Assembly: GCA_963810305.1 (NCBI GenBank)
Contig: CAWEMY010000019.1
Location: forward strand, 140,603-204,602
DNA from: an uncultured Acidobacteriota bacterium
GTDB lineage: Bacteria > Acidobacteriota > Vicinamibacteria > Vicinamibacterales > 2-12-FULL-66-21
Direction: 5' to 3'
Length of the DNA: 64,000 nucleotides
The first letter of the stretch is position 1. Each line of letters begins with the position of its first letter. The notes beneath the pieces were generated by a model. That model did no database searches and had not been told where the DNA came from. It saw only the letters and a program-made list of their open reading frames with translations. Below, one piece after another: positions 61,991 through 64,000 of the stretch. The translations under genes were made by a program, and so were the position numbers.

Positions 61991-62776
61991 GTGCCCCTCG
62001 TTTCCAGCCCCGGGCCCCCTGTTAGTTCCGGTACTTTCTCCGTCGTCGCCATCATCCCCGCGCGTTACGACTCGACTCGCCTCCCTGGAAAAGCGCTCGC
62101 CGATATCGGCGGTCGGCCGATGATCGAGCACGTCTATCGCCGCGCCAGTGCCGCCCGCTCCGTCGGTGTTGTCATCGTCGCCACCGACGACGACCGGATT
62201 CGGGACGCCGTCGAAGCGTTCGGCGGCCGCGCACAAATGACATCACGCGCACATCAGAGCGGCACCGACCGGCTCGCGGAAATTGCCGCAACCCTGACAT
62301 CGGATCTCGTCGTCAACGTCCAGGGGGACGAACCGTTGATCGAGGCGTCGATGGTCGACGATGCGATCGCAGTGTTTCGCGCCGACCCGTCGCTCGAGAT
62401 GAGCACGGTGCGTCGTCGCATCGACGATCCGGCGGACCTCCGGAACCCGAACGTGACGAAGGTGGTGGTGGACCGCGAGGGGAACGCGCTGTATTTTTCG
62501 CGGGCGCCGATTCCATTCACCAGGGACGGATCCCCGCCCGCGCCGGCATGGAGGCACATCGGCCTCTACGTGTATCGCCGGGAAACGCTGCTGCGGTTGA
62601 CGGCCTTGCCGCCGACGGCGATGGAGCAATCCGAGGCGCTGGAGCAACTTCGCGCGCTCGAGCACGGCATCCGGATCAAGACGGTCGAGACCCCGTATGA
62701 ATGCATCGGTGTCGACACTCCGGAAGATCTCGAGCGCGTCAGACGACAACTTTTGATTCCTACGTCTAACTCCTAA
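61991..62776 (+). CDS. kdsB: 3-deoxy-manno-octulosonate cytidylyltransferase
   Basis: 'AIIPARYDSTRLPGKALADIGGRPMI' and 'VNVQGDEP'. The ORF opens at 61874, but the in-frame GTG at 61991 gives a normal-length N-terminus. Confidence 0.85.
   Translation: MPLVSSPGPPVSSGTFSVVAIIPARYDSTRLPGKALADIGGRPMIEHVYRRASAARSVGVVIVATDDDRIRDAVEAFGGRAQMTSRAHQSGTDRLAEIAATLTSDLVVNVQGDEPLIEASMVDDAIAVFRADPSLEMSTVRRRIDDPADLRNPNVTKVVVDREGNALYFSRAPIPFTRDGSPPAPAWRHIGLYVYRRETLLRLTALPPTAMEQSEALEQLRALEHGIRIKTVETPYECIGVDTPEDLERVRRQLLIPTSNS

Positions 62777-64000
<1,224 letters not shown>

Overview
High-G+C bacterial chromosome segment. Gene content (an ADOP-type duplicated FtsX permease, an ECF sigma factor paired with a Ser/Thr kinase, many secreted CarboxypepD_reg and beta-helix proteins) suggests an Acidobacteria-like organism; this is inference only. 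All family calls come from reading the ORF translations by eye, with no database search.

Most of the window is core metabolism:
- purA, hutH-hutU, rnc, a trans-sulfuration enzyme, cutA and ftsB.
- The methionine-salvage genes mtnB-mtnD-mtnC, pntA2-pntB, a glutamate/dicarboxylate symporter, and dcd-ndk.
- A contiguous TCA block: korAB, sucCD, sdhCAB, mdh and icd.
- serA, kdsB and the 5' part of pyrG.

There is one RNA gene, an initiator tRNA-fMet at 15097-15173. I saw no rRNA and no CRISPR array.

The accessory part starts directly 3' of the tRNA. A junction module (tRNA 3'-end repeat, terminator hairpin, C-terminal remnant of a large serine recombinase) occurs at 15.2 kb and again at 26.2 kb, with a partial third copy at 34.0 kb. 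This delimits two decayed tandem islands.
- Island 1 (~15.2-26.2 kb) carries an overlapping ECF sigma / Ser-Thr kinase pair plus secreted lipase-like, cupin, Ig-like and beta-helix proteins.
- Island 2 (~26.2-34.0 kb) carries a sortase-type (LPKTAS) anchored protein, a secreted protein with protein-kinase-like motifs, PhoX, and a broken ADOP permease.

Other notable structure:
- A four-helix-bundle (23S-IVS-protein family) gene is enclosed by a perfect 25-bp inverted repeat and abuts an RNase III gene that has an unusual N-terminal domain.
- An 88-bp perfect hairpin (32-bp stem) covers the start of a standalone HIRAN-domain gene.
- There are three palindromic repeat families (REP-like) and several intergenic word repeats built from stop-codon and Shine-Dalgarno-like words.
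- At least three, possibly four, reading-frame breaks are each repaired by removing one base from a C/G homopolymer. This points to sequence error or genuine pseudogenisation.

I found no recognisable canonical defence system. The candidates for something new are listed as hypotheses, not claims.
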